From Ilumatobacteraceae bacterium (lineage in GTDB: Bacteria > Actinomycetota > Acidimicrobiia > Acidimicrobiales > Ilumatobacteraceae), in assembly GCA_044340485.1 (NCBI GenBank), contig JBIITN010000004.1, positions 28,357 to 92,356 of the forward strand: a DNA stretch of 64,000 nucleotides, in the 5' to 3' direction. The notes below the pieces were generated by a model. That model searched no databases. It saw nothing but the letters and a program-made list of their open reading frames with translations, and was not told the DNA's origin. Shown piece after piece: positions 30,683 through 39,768 of this stretch (positions within the stretch are counted from its first letter, which is position 1; every line of letters begins with the position of its first letter). The translations under genes and the position numbers were made by a program.

Positions 30683-32203
30683 CTACCGGTGAATGTCGCT
30701 TCTTTCTTGAACCACTTTTAAACGCACCGTGTATGCAGAATCTCCCGACAACACTCCACTTCGACCAAACAGTCGACCGTGTTGCCAATTAGACAGTCCA
30801 AGTTCGGGGCGCTCAAGAGCAAACTGTCCATCCACCCAACGCGTAAATCCGTTCCCCACAAATGGTGCATTTACTTGCGACCACACTGTGTCAATTTCTT
30901 TTGAGTCATCGGCGATCACGCTGACCACAAATTGTGGACTGTAGGCATTGCATAAATCAATTGCATGCGCAAGATCATCAGCGACCACTAAGAAGAATTC
31001 AGGAGTTCCCTCCCACTCCCATTCCCTCGCCAGGTCAGACTCACTCGCACTACTGACCTGCTGTTCGCGGACAGTGCCACCAGCGCGAACAACATCGATT
31101 TCCACACTCGTCTGAAGCCACCGCTCAGCTCCAAACACACAGTGAATACGAGCGTGCGTATTGTGTTTTGCAGAGGCGCGCTCGGCGGCATCGAACACCA
31201 GCGGAATGTGAACAGCTGCTCTATCTTTCACTACACAGATGACGTTTGCGGTGTTGCAGACTTTCCGATCAAGCGAGAACTCAACAGCATCAGCCAACGA
31301 CCGATCCCCTGCACTCATCCCTGCCAGAATCCAGGCTCCGCCGGTTCCGTGAAGACTCACGGGTGTTCCCACTTGTTGTGCGATCGCCCCAAGTTCTGCG
31401 ACCGCTTCTCCGGATCCGCGCGCCACAGCAAGCGACACGCGAGCGTCATTAAATAACGCCCACCCCGCAGCGTGCTCGGGAGAGTCGATCAATGTCACCG
31501 CACCGCGCGGCAAACCCGCAGCCGCTAATGACGGCTCGATGATTGTGTCCATAATCGCGCGAGCAGTTCCGAGTGCATCGCTGCCAATGCGAAACACCAC
31601 CGTGTTTCCACCGCGTAGTACTCCCGTTGCGTCAGCAAAGACATTTGGTCTGCCTTCAAAAACAAAAGCTAAACAACCGAGCGGAGATCTCCATTGTTCG
31701 ACAGTCCATCCGTCGTGGGCAACCTCATCTATTTTCTCAGAGGTTGCCAGATCTAATGACTGCCACATACGAAGTGCGCCCACCATGTCGGCGCGCATTC
31801 CATCGGACAGAACCAGACGTGTGGTGGAACGTCCACGTTGTTTGGCCTGTGCTACATCGACCTCATTCGCAGACCGAATAGATGCAAACACATCGTCGTC
31901 TGCCAAACGTTGCGCAGACAGTTCAAAAAATCTGGTGATCTGTTCATCAGACACCAGCGACATCTGAGAAAAAGCACTGATAGCCCGAGTCACAGCGTTC
32001 TCTACCGTCTCTGCGACCCCAGTCGGAATGCGGCGCAACGCACCAGAATGAGCAATTCCCAGCACGACATCTCCTGGCTGGAGTGACTTTTCGAATTCCT
32101 GATCGATCTCGATGACACGAGAACCGACCAACACTCGATCGCCCGCCCGAAGAGTACGTGGCCCATCATTTGTGACACCAGGTGTATCTGAAGGCTCTTT
32201 CAC
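30683..32203 (-). CDS. divergent gamma-glutamyl phosphate reductase (ProA)-like aldehyde dehydrogenase with N-terminal extension
   Basis: FEGRPNVFADATGVLRGGNTVVFRIGSDA and a KVCNTANVICV Cys motif resemble ProA. Start uncertain: GTG 32203 was chosen to avoid overlap with the divergent 32222 gene (ORF-track start 32299). Confidence 0.6.
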   Translation of the reverse strand: MKEPSDTPGVTNDGPRTLRAGDRVLVGSRVIEIDQEFEKSLQPGDVVLGIAHSGALRRIPTGVAETVENAVTRAISAFSQMSLVSDEQITRFFELSAQRLADDDVFASIRSANEVDVAQAKQRGRSTTRLVLSDGMRADMVGALRMWQSLDLATSEKIDEVAHDGWTVEQWRSPLGCLAFVFEGRPNVFADATGVLRGGNTVVFRIGSDALGTARAIMDTIIEPSLAAAGLPRGAVTLIDSPEHAAGWALFNDARVSLAVARGSGEAVAELGAIAQQVGTPVSLHGTGGAWILAGMSAGDRSLADAVEFSLDRKVCNTANVICVVKDRAAVHIPLVFDAAERASAKHNTHARIHCVFGAERWLQTSVEIDVVRAGGTVREQQVSSASESDLAREWEWEGTPEFFLVVADDLAHAIDLCNAYSPQFVVSVIADDSKEIDTVWSQVNAPFVGNGFTRWVDGQFALERPELGLSNWQHGRLFGRSGVLSGDSAYTVRLKVVQERSDIHR

Positions 32204-32221
32204 ACGCCTATTCTGACCTGT

Positions 32222-32950
32222 GTGAGTACGACATCCACAGACGAATCCATTTACTTCCGCCAACTTCTCAGTGGGCGTGATTTTGCCAAGGATGATCAAG
32301 TCGCAGTAGGCATGGTGAATTTTGCCTACATCATTGGTGATCGGGCCACGGGTGAGTGCGTACTCATTGATCCGGCGTACTCGGTCAATGAGCTAATAGA
32401 CATCGTTGAAGCAGACGACATGCGTGTAACAGGCGTGCTTGCGACCCACTATCACCCCGATCACATTGGCGGTTCAATGATGGGCTTCAACATCGAAGGC
32501 ATCACCACCCTTCTTGAACGAATCCAGGTTCCCATTCACGTTCAAAAAGCTGAAGTTGATTCTGTGATCAAGGTAACTGGCGTATCACCCACCGAACTTT
32601 CTGCTCATGAACCAGGCGACGTCATTAGTGTTGGCAACCTCGATATCACTATGGTGCACACTCCAGGTCACACTCCAGGAAGCCAATGTTTCCTCGTGCG
32701 TGGAGCGCTCGTATCTGGAGACACTTTGTTTCTCGATAGCTGCGGTCGTACGGATCTACCCGATAGCAATGTTGAGGACATGTACGAGAGTTTGTCAACG
32801 TTGGCTCGTTTGCCCGATGACACCATTGTTTTACCCGGTCACCTGTACTCGCCAGCACCTGCTGCGTACTTAGGCGAAATAAAAGAGAAGAACATCGTCT
32901 ATAAACCCACAACCAAAGAGGCGTGGATGATGATGTTTCGTCGCGACTAA
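32222..32950 (+). CDS. MBL-fold metallo-hydrolase (glyoxalase II / persulfide dioxygenase-like)
   Basis: HYHPDHIGG (HxHxDH) and HTPGHTPGS. Confidence 0.83.
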   Translation: MSTTSTDESIYFRQLLSGRDFAKDDQVAVGMVNFAYIIGDRATGECVLIDPAYSVNELIDIVEADDMRVTGVLATHYHPDHIGGSMMGFNIEGITTLLERIQVPIHVQKAEVDSVIKVTGVSPTELSAHEPGDVISVGNLDITMVHTPGHTPGSQCFLVRGALVSGDTLFLDSCGRTDLPDSNVEDMYESLSTLARLPDDTIVLPGHLYSPAPAAYLGEIKEKNIVYKPTTKEAWMMMFRRD

Positions 32951-32958
32951 CGAGACCT

Positions 32959-33690
32959 TCACGACAACACTGCCGAAACGATGGTGGAAATTCCAGAAAT
33001 CACGAGCAGCGTTAATACCAAGATTCGAAATCGTTGTTGGTTGACATATTTTCGTGTCCTGAAGCCAAGCGCAATCGCGACGACAAGGATCGGCAATGAC
33101 ACCACTGTTGCGATGATTGAATCCGCCGTGATCTTGCCCGCAACAGCAAAGATTGTCACGGTCACAACGTTGGAGAAAATAAAAATGCGACTGACCGTGG
33201 CACGAAACACCTCCTGGGGCATTTGTCGCGCTTGAAACAGGAAAACCAGCGGTGGACCGTTTGTACCAACTGAGGTAGAGAGTGCTCCACTGGCTCCACC
33301 TAACCACCAATCAGCAGACCGGGATGCTCCTCGTAATGTGAATCCACGCATCAAAAGAAACGTCACAAACAACACAACAACCCCAAGACCAATCTTCAGA
33401 ATGGTCTCAGAGAGATAGATAAACGCAACCAATCCGATGGGCATCCCCATCACTGCTGCAATGGTCACTCGAACAGCTAGTCGAGCATTCGCATGCTCCT
33501 TTTCTTTCCATGCTTGCGCCGAAGTGGTGACTAAGCCGATGAGATTGACAACCACCACCGAGAGCCGTACATCAGCAAAAAGAGACATCAAAGGCACCGA
33601 CAACAATGCAAGCCCGAACCCGGATATTGACTGCACAAATGCAGCAATTGCCATCGCGCTGGCAATGCCGATGAGTTCAAGAACACTCAT
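32959..33690 (-). CDS. TauE/SafE family anion (sulfite-type) exporter
   Basis: 243-aa polytopic membrane protein with a Gly-rich repeated half structure. Its start overlaps the stop of the upstream aminotransferase by 4 nt. Confidence 0.75.
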   Translation of the reverse strand: MSVLELIGIASAMAIAAFVQSISGFGLALLSVPLMSLFADVRLSVVVVNLIGLVTTSAQAWKEKEHANARLAVRVTIAAVMGMPIGLVAFIYLSETILKIGLGVVVLFVTFLLMRGFTLRGASRSADWWLGGASGALSTSVGTNGPPLVFLFQARQMPQEVFRATVSRIFIFSNVVTVTIFAVAGKITADSIIATVVSLPILVVAIALGFRTRKYVNQQRFRILVLTLLVISGISTIVSAVLS

Positions 33691-35078
33691 GCAGACATCA
33701 ATACGTTGACAGCTTCAGCAAACACTTCAGTATGGGTGTCGACATCTTTTTCGGTATGAAAGGGCGACAGTAACGCCATGTTATGAAATGGTGTCAGCAA
33801 GATGCCACGGTTGAGAGCAAAGAGATGCATGAAAGCATCTAGTTCCCCATCGATTGCTGCAGCCGCTTGGGCGCCATTAACTGGAGGTGGGCAAAACCAG
33901 TATTCGGCTCTGCAGCCCAACTGCTGAACATTCCACGCGAGACCATGTCGCTCGTACCCTGATCGCACTCCCTCTGTCCATTGTGTTGCAAGCGGAATCA
34001 TGTGATCAAAATCTTCTTGTCGCAAGGTGGACGACAACGTGGCTCGCACTGCTGCAAGTGCTAGCGCATTCCCAGTGAGTGTTCCACCAACTCCCGATAC
34101 GTCAACGCCATCACTACGCAGATACGGCTCCAATTTGTCTGCAACTTCATCAGTCATGCCGTAGATAGCAGCAGGCATTCCCCCACCAATGGGTTTTCCA
34201 ATGACGAAAAAATCCGGCTCTAGATTCCACGCCTTTGTACATCCGCCTGGCCCTGCACAAATTGTGTGGGTCTCATCGATGATGAGCAACACTCCGTGCC
34301 GACGAGTGATCTCACGAACTTTCTCTAGATATCTGGGCTGTGGCAACACGATTCCGATGTTTGTGAGAGCTGGCTCCATGAGAAGACATGCAACATCTCC
34401 GTGTGCGAGAACTTTGTCTAGTGCATCTGCATCATTAAACGGCACAACACGTGTTGTTAGTGCGGGGTCCACCTGAGGACCAATCGCGCCGGGACGACTG
34501 ATGGTATTGCCCTTTTCATCCATGATGACGAGCGTTTCGTCGACCGTGCCGTGGTAACACCAGTCCATGACGGCAATTTTCGAACGTCCAGTCAATTGTC
34601 GTGCAAAACGAAGCACAAAACGATTGGCATCAGTTGCAGTCATCGCAAACTGCCACTTGGCGAGACCAAAGCGTTCCGTCAGTTCATCTCCGATCACGAC
34701 GGCATCTGTACTTGGCAACATCGTTGTGATGCCACGTCGGGCGCGCACAGCAAGTGCCTCTGCTACTTGGCTCAACCCGTGACCCGTCATTGCCCCGGTA
34801 TCGCCCAAGCAGAAGTCGATGAACTCATTTCCGTCGATGTCCACAAAATGGGCCCCATGCGCCTCTTCAAAAAAGACAGGGAACCCACCTGGCCAGCGAG
34901 TCATCCATGGCATCGGCACACCTGTCACCAGATGCTGCTGAGCGCGCAATGAATTCTCATACGAATTGGGGTGACGTGAAGCAAATACGTCACGTTCATC
35001 AGCAAGTGCAAGAGATAGACGATCGCGGTCGATTGATGCAGCCATGGTGTATCCACGATAGGACCCACCACTGACCAA
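33687..35078 (-). CDS. class-III (GSA-aminomutase-like) PLP-dependent aminotransferase
   Basis: LLIIDETHT and FFVIGKPIGGGMP (PLP lysine). The true start is probably ATG 35045 (MAASIDRD...). Confidence 0.85.
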   Translation of the reverse strand: MVSGGSYRGYTMAASIDRDRLSLALADERDVFASRHPNSYENSLRAQQHLVTGVPMPWMTRWPGGFPVFFEEAHGAHFVDIDGNEFIDFCLGDTGAMTGHGLSQVAEALAVRARRGITTMLPSTDAVVIGDELTERFGLAKWQFAMTATDANRFVLRFARQLTGRSKIAVMDWCYHGTVDETLVIMDEKGNTISRPGAIGPQVDPALTTRVVPFNDADALDKVLAHGDVACLLMEPALTNIGIVLPQPRYLEKVREITRRHGVLLIIDETHTICAGPGGCTKAWNLEPDFFVIGKPIGGGMPAAIYGMTDEVADKLEPYLRSDGVDVSGVGGTLTGNALALAAVRATLSSTLRQEDFDHMIPLATQWTEGVRSGYERHGLAWNVQQLGCRAEYWFCPPPVNGAQAAAAIDGELDAFMHLFALNRGILLTPFHNMALLSPFHTEKDVDTHTEVFAEAVNVLMSA

Positions 35079-35082
35079 CTCC

Positions 35083-36423
35083 GTGAATTTCCCACACGAT
35101 GGCCCGCATCATCAGTCTCTCCAAACCCCTGTCATTCCGAGATGTGGGGTTTACTTTTTGTACACTTGGAGTGTGTCTGTCTCGACCACCACGACATCTC
35201 GCATTGACGGCAACCGTCTAATGGAGCGTCTGTTTGCACTGGCAGACATTGGCGCGATTGATAACGGAGGCTGTGCTCGACTTGCACTCACCGATGACGA
35301 CAAGGCAGGTCGCGATCTCGTGGTGTCATGGATGCGCGATCTTGGTCTCGACATCTCTATTGACACCATTGGCAATGTCATCGGAGTGTGGAATGTTGGC
35401 ACCGGAGCCCCCGTCATGACAGGTTCCCACATTGACACCGTACGAACTGGCGGCAAGTACGACGGAAACCTTGGAGTTCTTGCCGGCCTTGAAGTCATTC
35501 AGTCGTGTCAAGAACAAGGGATCACTCCATCTCGACCACTCGCAGTTGGTTTCTTTACCGATGAGGAAGGTTCCCGCTTTCCTCCCGACATGCTCGGATC
35601 ACTGGTGTATGTCGGCGGTTTACCAGTGGAAGAAGCACACGATATTGTCGGAATTGATGGCGCACGTGTCGGTGACGAACTTGCACGTATCGGATATCTC
35701 GGTGCAACACCCTGTCCTGGTCTCGTACCTCACGCATTCGTTGAGTTACACATCGAACAAGGCCCAGTCCTCGAACAGAAAAACACTGTCATTGGCGCCG
35801 TCACATCTGTGCAAGGAATCAGCTGGCTTGAAGTAACGATCGACGGACAATCCAATCACGCAGGTACAACTCCAATGTCGATGCGACGCGATCCTGCGTA
35901 TGTGGCAGCGCGTATCGTGGTGTTTCTTCGCGAGATAGCCCATCGTTATGGCGGCCATCAAGTGTGCACAGTTGGCAAGATCGATGTGTTCCCCAATCTT
36001 GTCAACGTGGTGCCAGCAACCGCAACCATGACTCTTGATGTGCGCAACACTGACGAAGAGATATTGCAGAGAGCAGAAAAAGAGATTGCCGATTTCCTTA
36101 CCTCAATTGCCGTCGAAGAAAACGTCACAATCACCACGCGTTCGCTCGCTCGTTTTGAGCCAGTTCTTTTCCACCATGCGGTGATCGATACGGTCGAGAA
36201 CCTCGCACGGCAGCAAGGTCTCTCGGTCATGCAGATGCCATCTGGAGCCGGCCACGATGCGCAAATGCTCGCACGTGTGTGCCCAAGTGGGATGATTTTT
36301 GTGCCATCTCACAAAGGGATTAGCCACAACCCTGCTGAGTACACCGATCCCGACCAGCTCGTCGACGGTGCGAATCTTTTACTCCACGTGATGTTGCAAC
36401 TTGCTGAAACGAGTTTCTCATGA
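35083..36423 (+). CDS. M20 family amidohydrolase (allantoate amidohydrolase / N-carbamoyl-L-amino-acid hydrolase / beta-ureidopropionase type)
   Basis: GSHIDTVRTGGKYDGNLGV, FTDEEGSRF, SGAGHDAQ. The start is probably downstream (about 35158-35173). Confidence 0.85.
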   Translation: MNFPHDGPHHQSLQTPVIPRCGVYFLYTWSVSVSTTTTSRIDGNRLMERLFALADIGAIDNGGCARLALTDDDKAGRDLVVSWMRDLGLDISIDTIGNVIGVWNVGTGAPVMTGSHIDTVRTGGKYDGNLGVLAGLEVIQSCQEQGITPSRPLAVGFFTDEEGSRFPPDMLGSLVYVGGLPVEEAHDIVGIDGARVGDELARIGYLGATPCPGLVPHAFVELHIEQGPVLEQKNTVIGAVTSVQGISWLEVTIDGQSNHAGTTPMSMRRDPAYVAARIVVFLREIAHRYGGHQVCTVGKIDVFPNLVNVVPATATMTLDVRNTDEEILQRAEKEIADFLTSIAVEENVTITTRSLARFEPVLFHHAVIDTVENLARQQGLSVMQMPSGAGHDAQMLARVCPSGMIFVPSHKGISHNPAEYTDPDQLVDGANLLLHVMLQLAETSFS

Positions 36424-37346
36424 GTCGAATATTGACTATTGGCGCGGCCCAACTGGGCCCCATTCAGCGCGATGATTCTCGCGAGAATGTTGTGAAGCGC
36501 CTCGTTGCTCTGTTGCGACAAGCCTCTGAGCATCAATGTGATCTTGTGGTCTTTCCGGAACTTGCACTGACTACGTTTTTCCCTCGCTGGTTTGTCGATG
36601 ACATTGCAGAAGCTGATCATTGGTACGAAAAATCCATGCCGTCATCTGCTACTCAACCACTTTTTGATGAAGCGAGACGCCTGGGACTCGGCTTTTGTCT
36701 CGGCTACGCAGAAATAACCGAAGACGGACATCGATTCAACACACAAATTTTGGTGGAGCGAGATGGATCAGTGGTTGCGAAATATCGCAAAGTCCATATC
36801 CCTGGCCACGAGCACCACGAACCCGACCGCCCCTTTCAACATGCAGAGCGTTACTACTTTGAACCTTCAATGGAAGGTTTTGGAGTATGGAAAGCGTTCG
36901 ACGGACACGTGGGAATGATGATCTGCAACGATCGTCGTTGGCCAGAGTCATATCGTGTGATGGGACTTCAAGGGGCAGAATTAATTCTGTGTGGATACAA
37001 CACCCCCATTCACTATGTCCCCGATCCCAGCCAAGACATTTTGCAGGGATTTCACAACGCACTTGTTATGCAATCAGGTGCCTATCAAAACGGAACGTGG
37101 GTTGTAGGAGTTGCTAAGGCAGGTGTTGAGGAAGGCGTTGACAGCTTGGGCCAAAGCATGATTGTGGCGCCTTCCGGCCAAATCGTTGCTCAAACATTAA
37201 GTACCGATGACGAATTGATCATGGCGCGCTGCGATCTTGACTGGTGCAATAAATATAAGAACACCTTGTTTGACTTTGACCGCTACCGCCGTCCTGAGGT
37301 GTACGGACGAATCACATCACAACGCGGCGTCAAGCTCGAGGATTAG
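36420..37346 (+). CDS. carbon-nitrogen hydrolase, N-carbamoyl-D-amino-acid hydrolase-like
   Basis: Glu-Lys-Cys triad contexts VVFPELALTTFFPRW, KYRKVHIPG and MMICNDRRWPE. Collinear with my recollection of Agrobacterium D-carbamoylase. The ATG overlaps the upstream stop. Confidence 0.88.
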   Translation: MSRILTIGAAQLGPIQRDDSRENVVKRLVALLRQASEHQCDLVVFPELALTTFFPRWFVDDIAEADHWYEKSMPSSATQPLFDEARRLGLGFCLGYAEITEDGHRFNTQILVERDGSVVAKYRKVHIPGHEHHEPDRPFQHAERYYFEPSMEGFGVWKAFDGHVGMMICNDRRWPESYRVMGLQGAELILCGYNTPIHYVPDPSQDILQGFHNALVMQSGAYQNGTWVVGVAKAGVEEGVDSLGQSMIVAPSGQIVAQTLSTDDELIMARCDLDWCNKYKNTLFDFDRYRRPEVYGRITSQRGVKLED

Positions 37347-37348
37347 GC

Positions 37349-38410
37349 GTGTTAGAAACTCACGGTCTTGTGTGCGCCCACCATCACTTGTATTCGGCGC
37401 TCGCACGTGGGATGCCGGCGCCGCCAAAAACGCCTCACACATTTATTGAAGTACTCGAACAGGTGTGGTGGCGACTTGACGCCGCTCTCGATCTCGACAT
37501 GCTCTATTGGTCTGGAGCTCTCGGTGCAGCCGAAGCAGTGCTGTGTGGGACAACAGCCATCATCGACCATCACGAATCTCCGAATGCCATCGAAGGAAGC
37601 CTCTCAGCGCTTGCAGATGGAGCCGCCCTCGTTGGCGTGCGAACCAACTTGTGTTATGGCGTCACTGATCGCTGGGACGAAGCAGGTTTGTCTTCTCACG
37701 TCCCAACTCAACGTGCAATAACCGACGCGGCCCGTCGAGGACTTCTCGAGAATGAACGTTATTTACATGATGGCGGTCGGGGCATGATTGGCGTGCACGC
37801 GTCGTTTACATGTAGCGATGAATTACTGCACACAGCCGCAGACGCAGCACAACGCCTAGGGGTGGGAGTTCATATCCATGTAGCTGAAGGACCAGATGAT
37901 GCTGATGCATATTCGCGCCTAAAAGATCTTGCAACTGACGATTGGCTTCTTGTGCACTGTGTGAATCTGAAAGAAGAACTTCCCGGCACCATCGTGCACA
38001 ATCCACGATCAAACATGAATAACGCAGTCGGTTACGCAAGACCGACACGGTTCTCGAATCGAGTCGTGTTGGGAACTGATGGGATCGGCGCAGACATGTT
38101 TGATGAAGCACGACTCACGTATGTGAAACTTCGCGAAGACAATCTGACGGCAACTCCCGACACTGCATGGCAGTGGCTGACCAATGGTGAGGAACTTTTC
38201 CCGGAGGTTCGACAAGACCGCGTTATGTGGAATTACGATCACGTCGATAGTCCATGGCACATGGCATTCACCACAGGCGTTCGTCCAAACGACGTCTTTA
38301 TAAGCGGCAAACACGTTGTAAAAGACGGACAACCCGTCTCGTTCGACATTAATGAGATTCGAGCCAAAAGTGCTGAAGCTGCCATCCGACTACACAAGCG
38401 ACTCGCTTAG
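37349..38410 (+). CDS. SsnA-like amidohydrolase-superfamily protein, N-terminally short
   Basis: CAHHHLYSALARG, IIDHHESP, HIHVAEG, HNPRSNMNNAVGY and LGTDGIGADMF. GTG start lies 3 nt after the upstream stop. An in-frame stop at 37295-37297 forbids a longer N-terminus. Confidence 0.75.
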   Translation: MLETHGLVCAHHHLYSALARGMPAPPKTPHTFIEVLEQVWWRLDAALDLDMLYWSGALGAAEAVLCGTTAIIDHHESPNAIEGSLSALADGAALVGVRTNLCYGVTDRWDEAGLSSHVPTQRAITDAARRGLLENERYLHDGGRGMIGVHASFTCSDELLHTAADAAQRLGVGVHIHVAEGPDDADAYSRLKDLATDDWLLVHCVNLKEELPGTIVHNPRSNMNNAVGYARPTRFSNRVVLGTDGIGADMFDEARLTYVKLREDNLTATPDTAWQWLTNGEELFPEVRQDRVMWNYDHVDSPWHMAFTTGVRPNDVFISGKHVVKDGQPVSFDINEIRAKSAEAAIRLHKRLA

Positions 38411-38419
38411 GAGATACCG

Positions 38420-39283
38420 ATGACAGTTTTACTTCCTACTTCGCTTGATGAAGCACTACAGATGCTGTCAGAGCATCCGTCCGCAGATCTTTTGACTGGC
38501 GGAACAGATCTGATGGTGGAGGTCAATTTCAATCACCGCAAACCAACCACAGTGATTGCATTGCGGCAACTCGCCGAGTTGCACACCTGGTCGATAGACC
38601 AGCAAACACAACGGATCACAATCGGCGCCGGGGTTCCGTACGCCGAGATGGAACACGGCCCCTTGGCTGATGCTTTGCCGTGTTTGGCAGAAGCGGCGCG
38701 TACTGTGGGGTCTCCACAGATTCGCGCGGCAGGAACGTTGGGTGGCAACTTAGGAACCTGTTCACCCGCTGGTGATGGCCTACCTGTTTTGTCTGCTCTC
38801 GACGCAACGATTCATCTGTCTTCTCAGTCCGGTAGTCGCGAGATTTCCTTTCATGACTTCATGACGGGACCAAAACGCAATGCTCGACAACCGGGTGAGA
38901 TCATCACCAGCGTTTCAATGAACATCCCAACCGGCTGGCAAGGATACGCAAAAGTCGGAGTACGTAATGCAATGGTGATTTCCGTGGCCTCTGCGTGTTT
39001 AGTGATCGACAGCGGCTCCAATAGTAAAGACAACGACCAACCATCTGTTCGTATCGCTCTTGGTTCAGTAGGTCCCACCATCATTCGTTGTCGCGAGACC
39101 GAGAATTGGTGGAACAACCTCCCCAATGCTGAGAAACGTTCTGCGTCCGTTATTCAAGAATTTGGAGTTCGTGCGGGTCAAGAATCGCGACCTATTGATG
39201 ACCATCGATCCACCGCCGAGTATCGCCGTCATGCGATTTCTGTTTTGTCCAGTCGTCTTCTACACAGAGGAACACAATCATGA
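38420..39283 (+). CDS. xanthine dehydrogenase family FAD-binding (medium) subunit
   Basis: LLTGGTDLMVE and AGTLGGNLGT. Confidence 0.9.
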   Translation: MTVLLPTSLDEALQMLSEHPSADLLTGGTDLMVEVNFNHRKPTTVIALRQLAELHTWSIDQQTQRITIGAGVPYAEMEHGPLADALPCLAEAARTVGSPQIRAAGTLGGNLGTCSPAGDGLPVLSALDATIHLSSQSGSREISFHDFMTGPKRNARQPGEIITSVSMNIPTGWQGYAKVGVRNAMVISVASACLVIDSGSNSKDNDQPSVRIALGSVGPTIIRCRETENWWNNLPNAEKRSASVIQEFGVRAGQESRPIDDHRSTAEYRRHAISVLSSRLLHRGTQS

Positions 39284-39768
39284 GCGAACACGAGATCTAC
39301 ACACTGCGCATTAATGGTGACGAACACCATGTGAAAGACGCATGGATCGGAGAGTCACTTCTCTATGTTTTACGCGAGAGACTCGGACTTCCCGGCGCAA
39401 AGGGTGCCTGCGAGCAAGGCGAGTGTGGAAGTTGCACCGTGGTACTAGATGGCGATGCCGTGTGTAGCTGCTTGGTTCTCGCCGCTTCCGCGGTTGGTTC
39501 AGAGATTGCAACCGTCGAGGGTCTGAGCCCGGACGGATCACTCACTGATGTGCAGCAAGCGTTCATTGATGAAGGTGCAGTGCAGTGTGGCTTTTGCACG
39601 CCTGGTTTGATCATGGCTGTACACCATCTTCTTGACCACAACACAACACCAACCGAACTTGAGGTCAAAGAAGCACTGTCAGGAAACATTTGTCGCTGTA
39701 CGGGGTATGGACGAATCTTTGCAGCAGTTGACAAAGTTGTATCAGTTCGCTTAGGAGCATCGCAATGA
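39280..39768 (+). CDS. xanthine dehydrogenase family [2Fe-2S] (small) subunit
   Basis: CEQGECGSCTV, CGFCTPGLIM, CRCTGY. Overlaps the upstream stop. Confidence 0.93.
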   Translation: MSEHEIYTLRINGDEHHVKDAWIGESLLYVLRERLGLPGAKGACEQGECGSCTVVLDGDAVCSCLVLAASAVGSEIATVEGLSPDGSLTDVQQAFIDEGAVQCGFCTPGLIMAVHHLLDHNTTPTELEVKEALSGNICRCTGYGRIFAAVDKVVSVRLGASQ

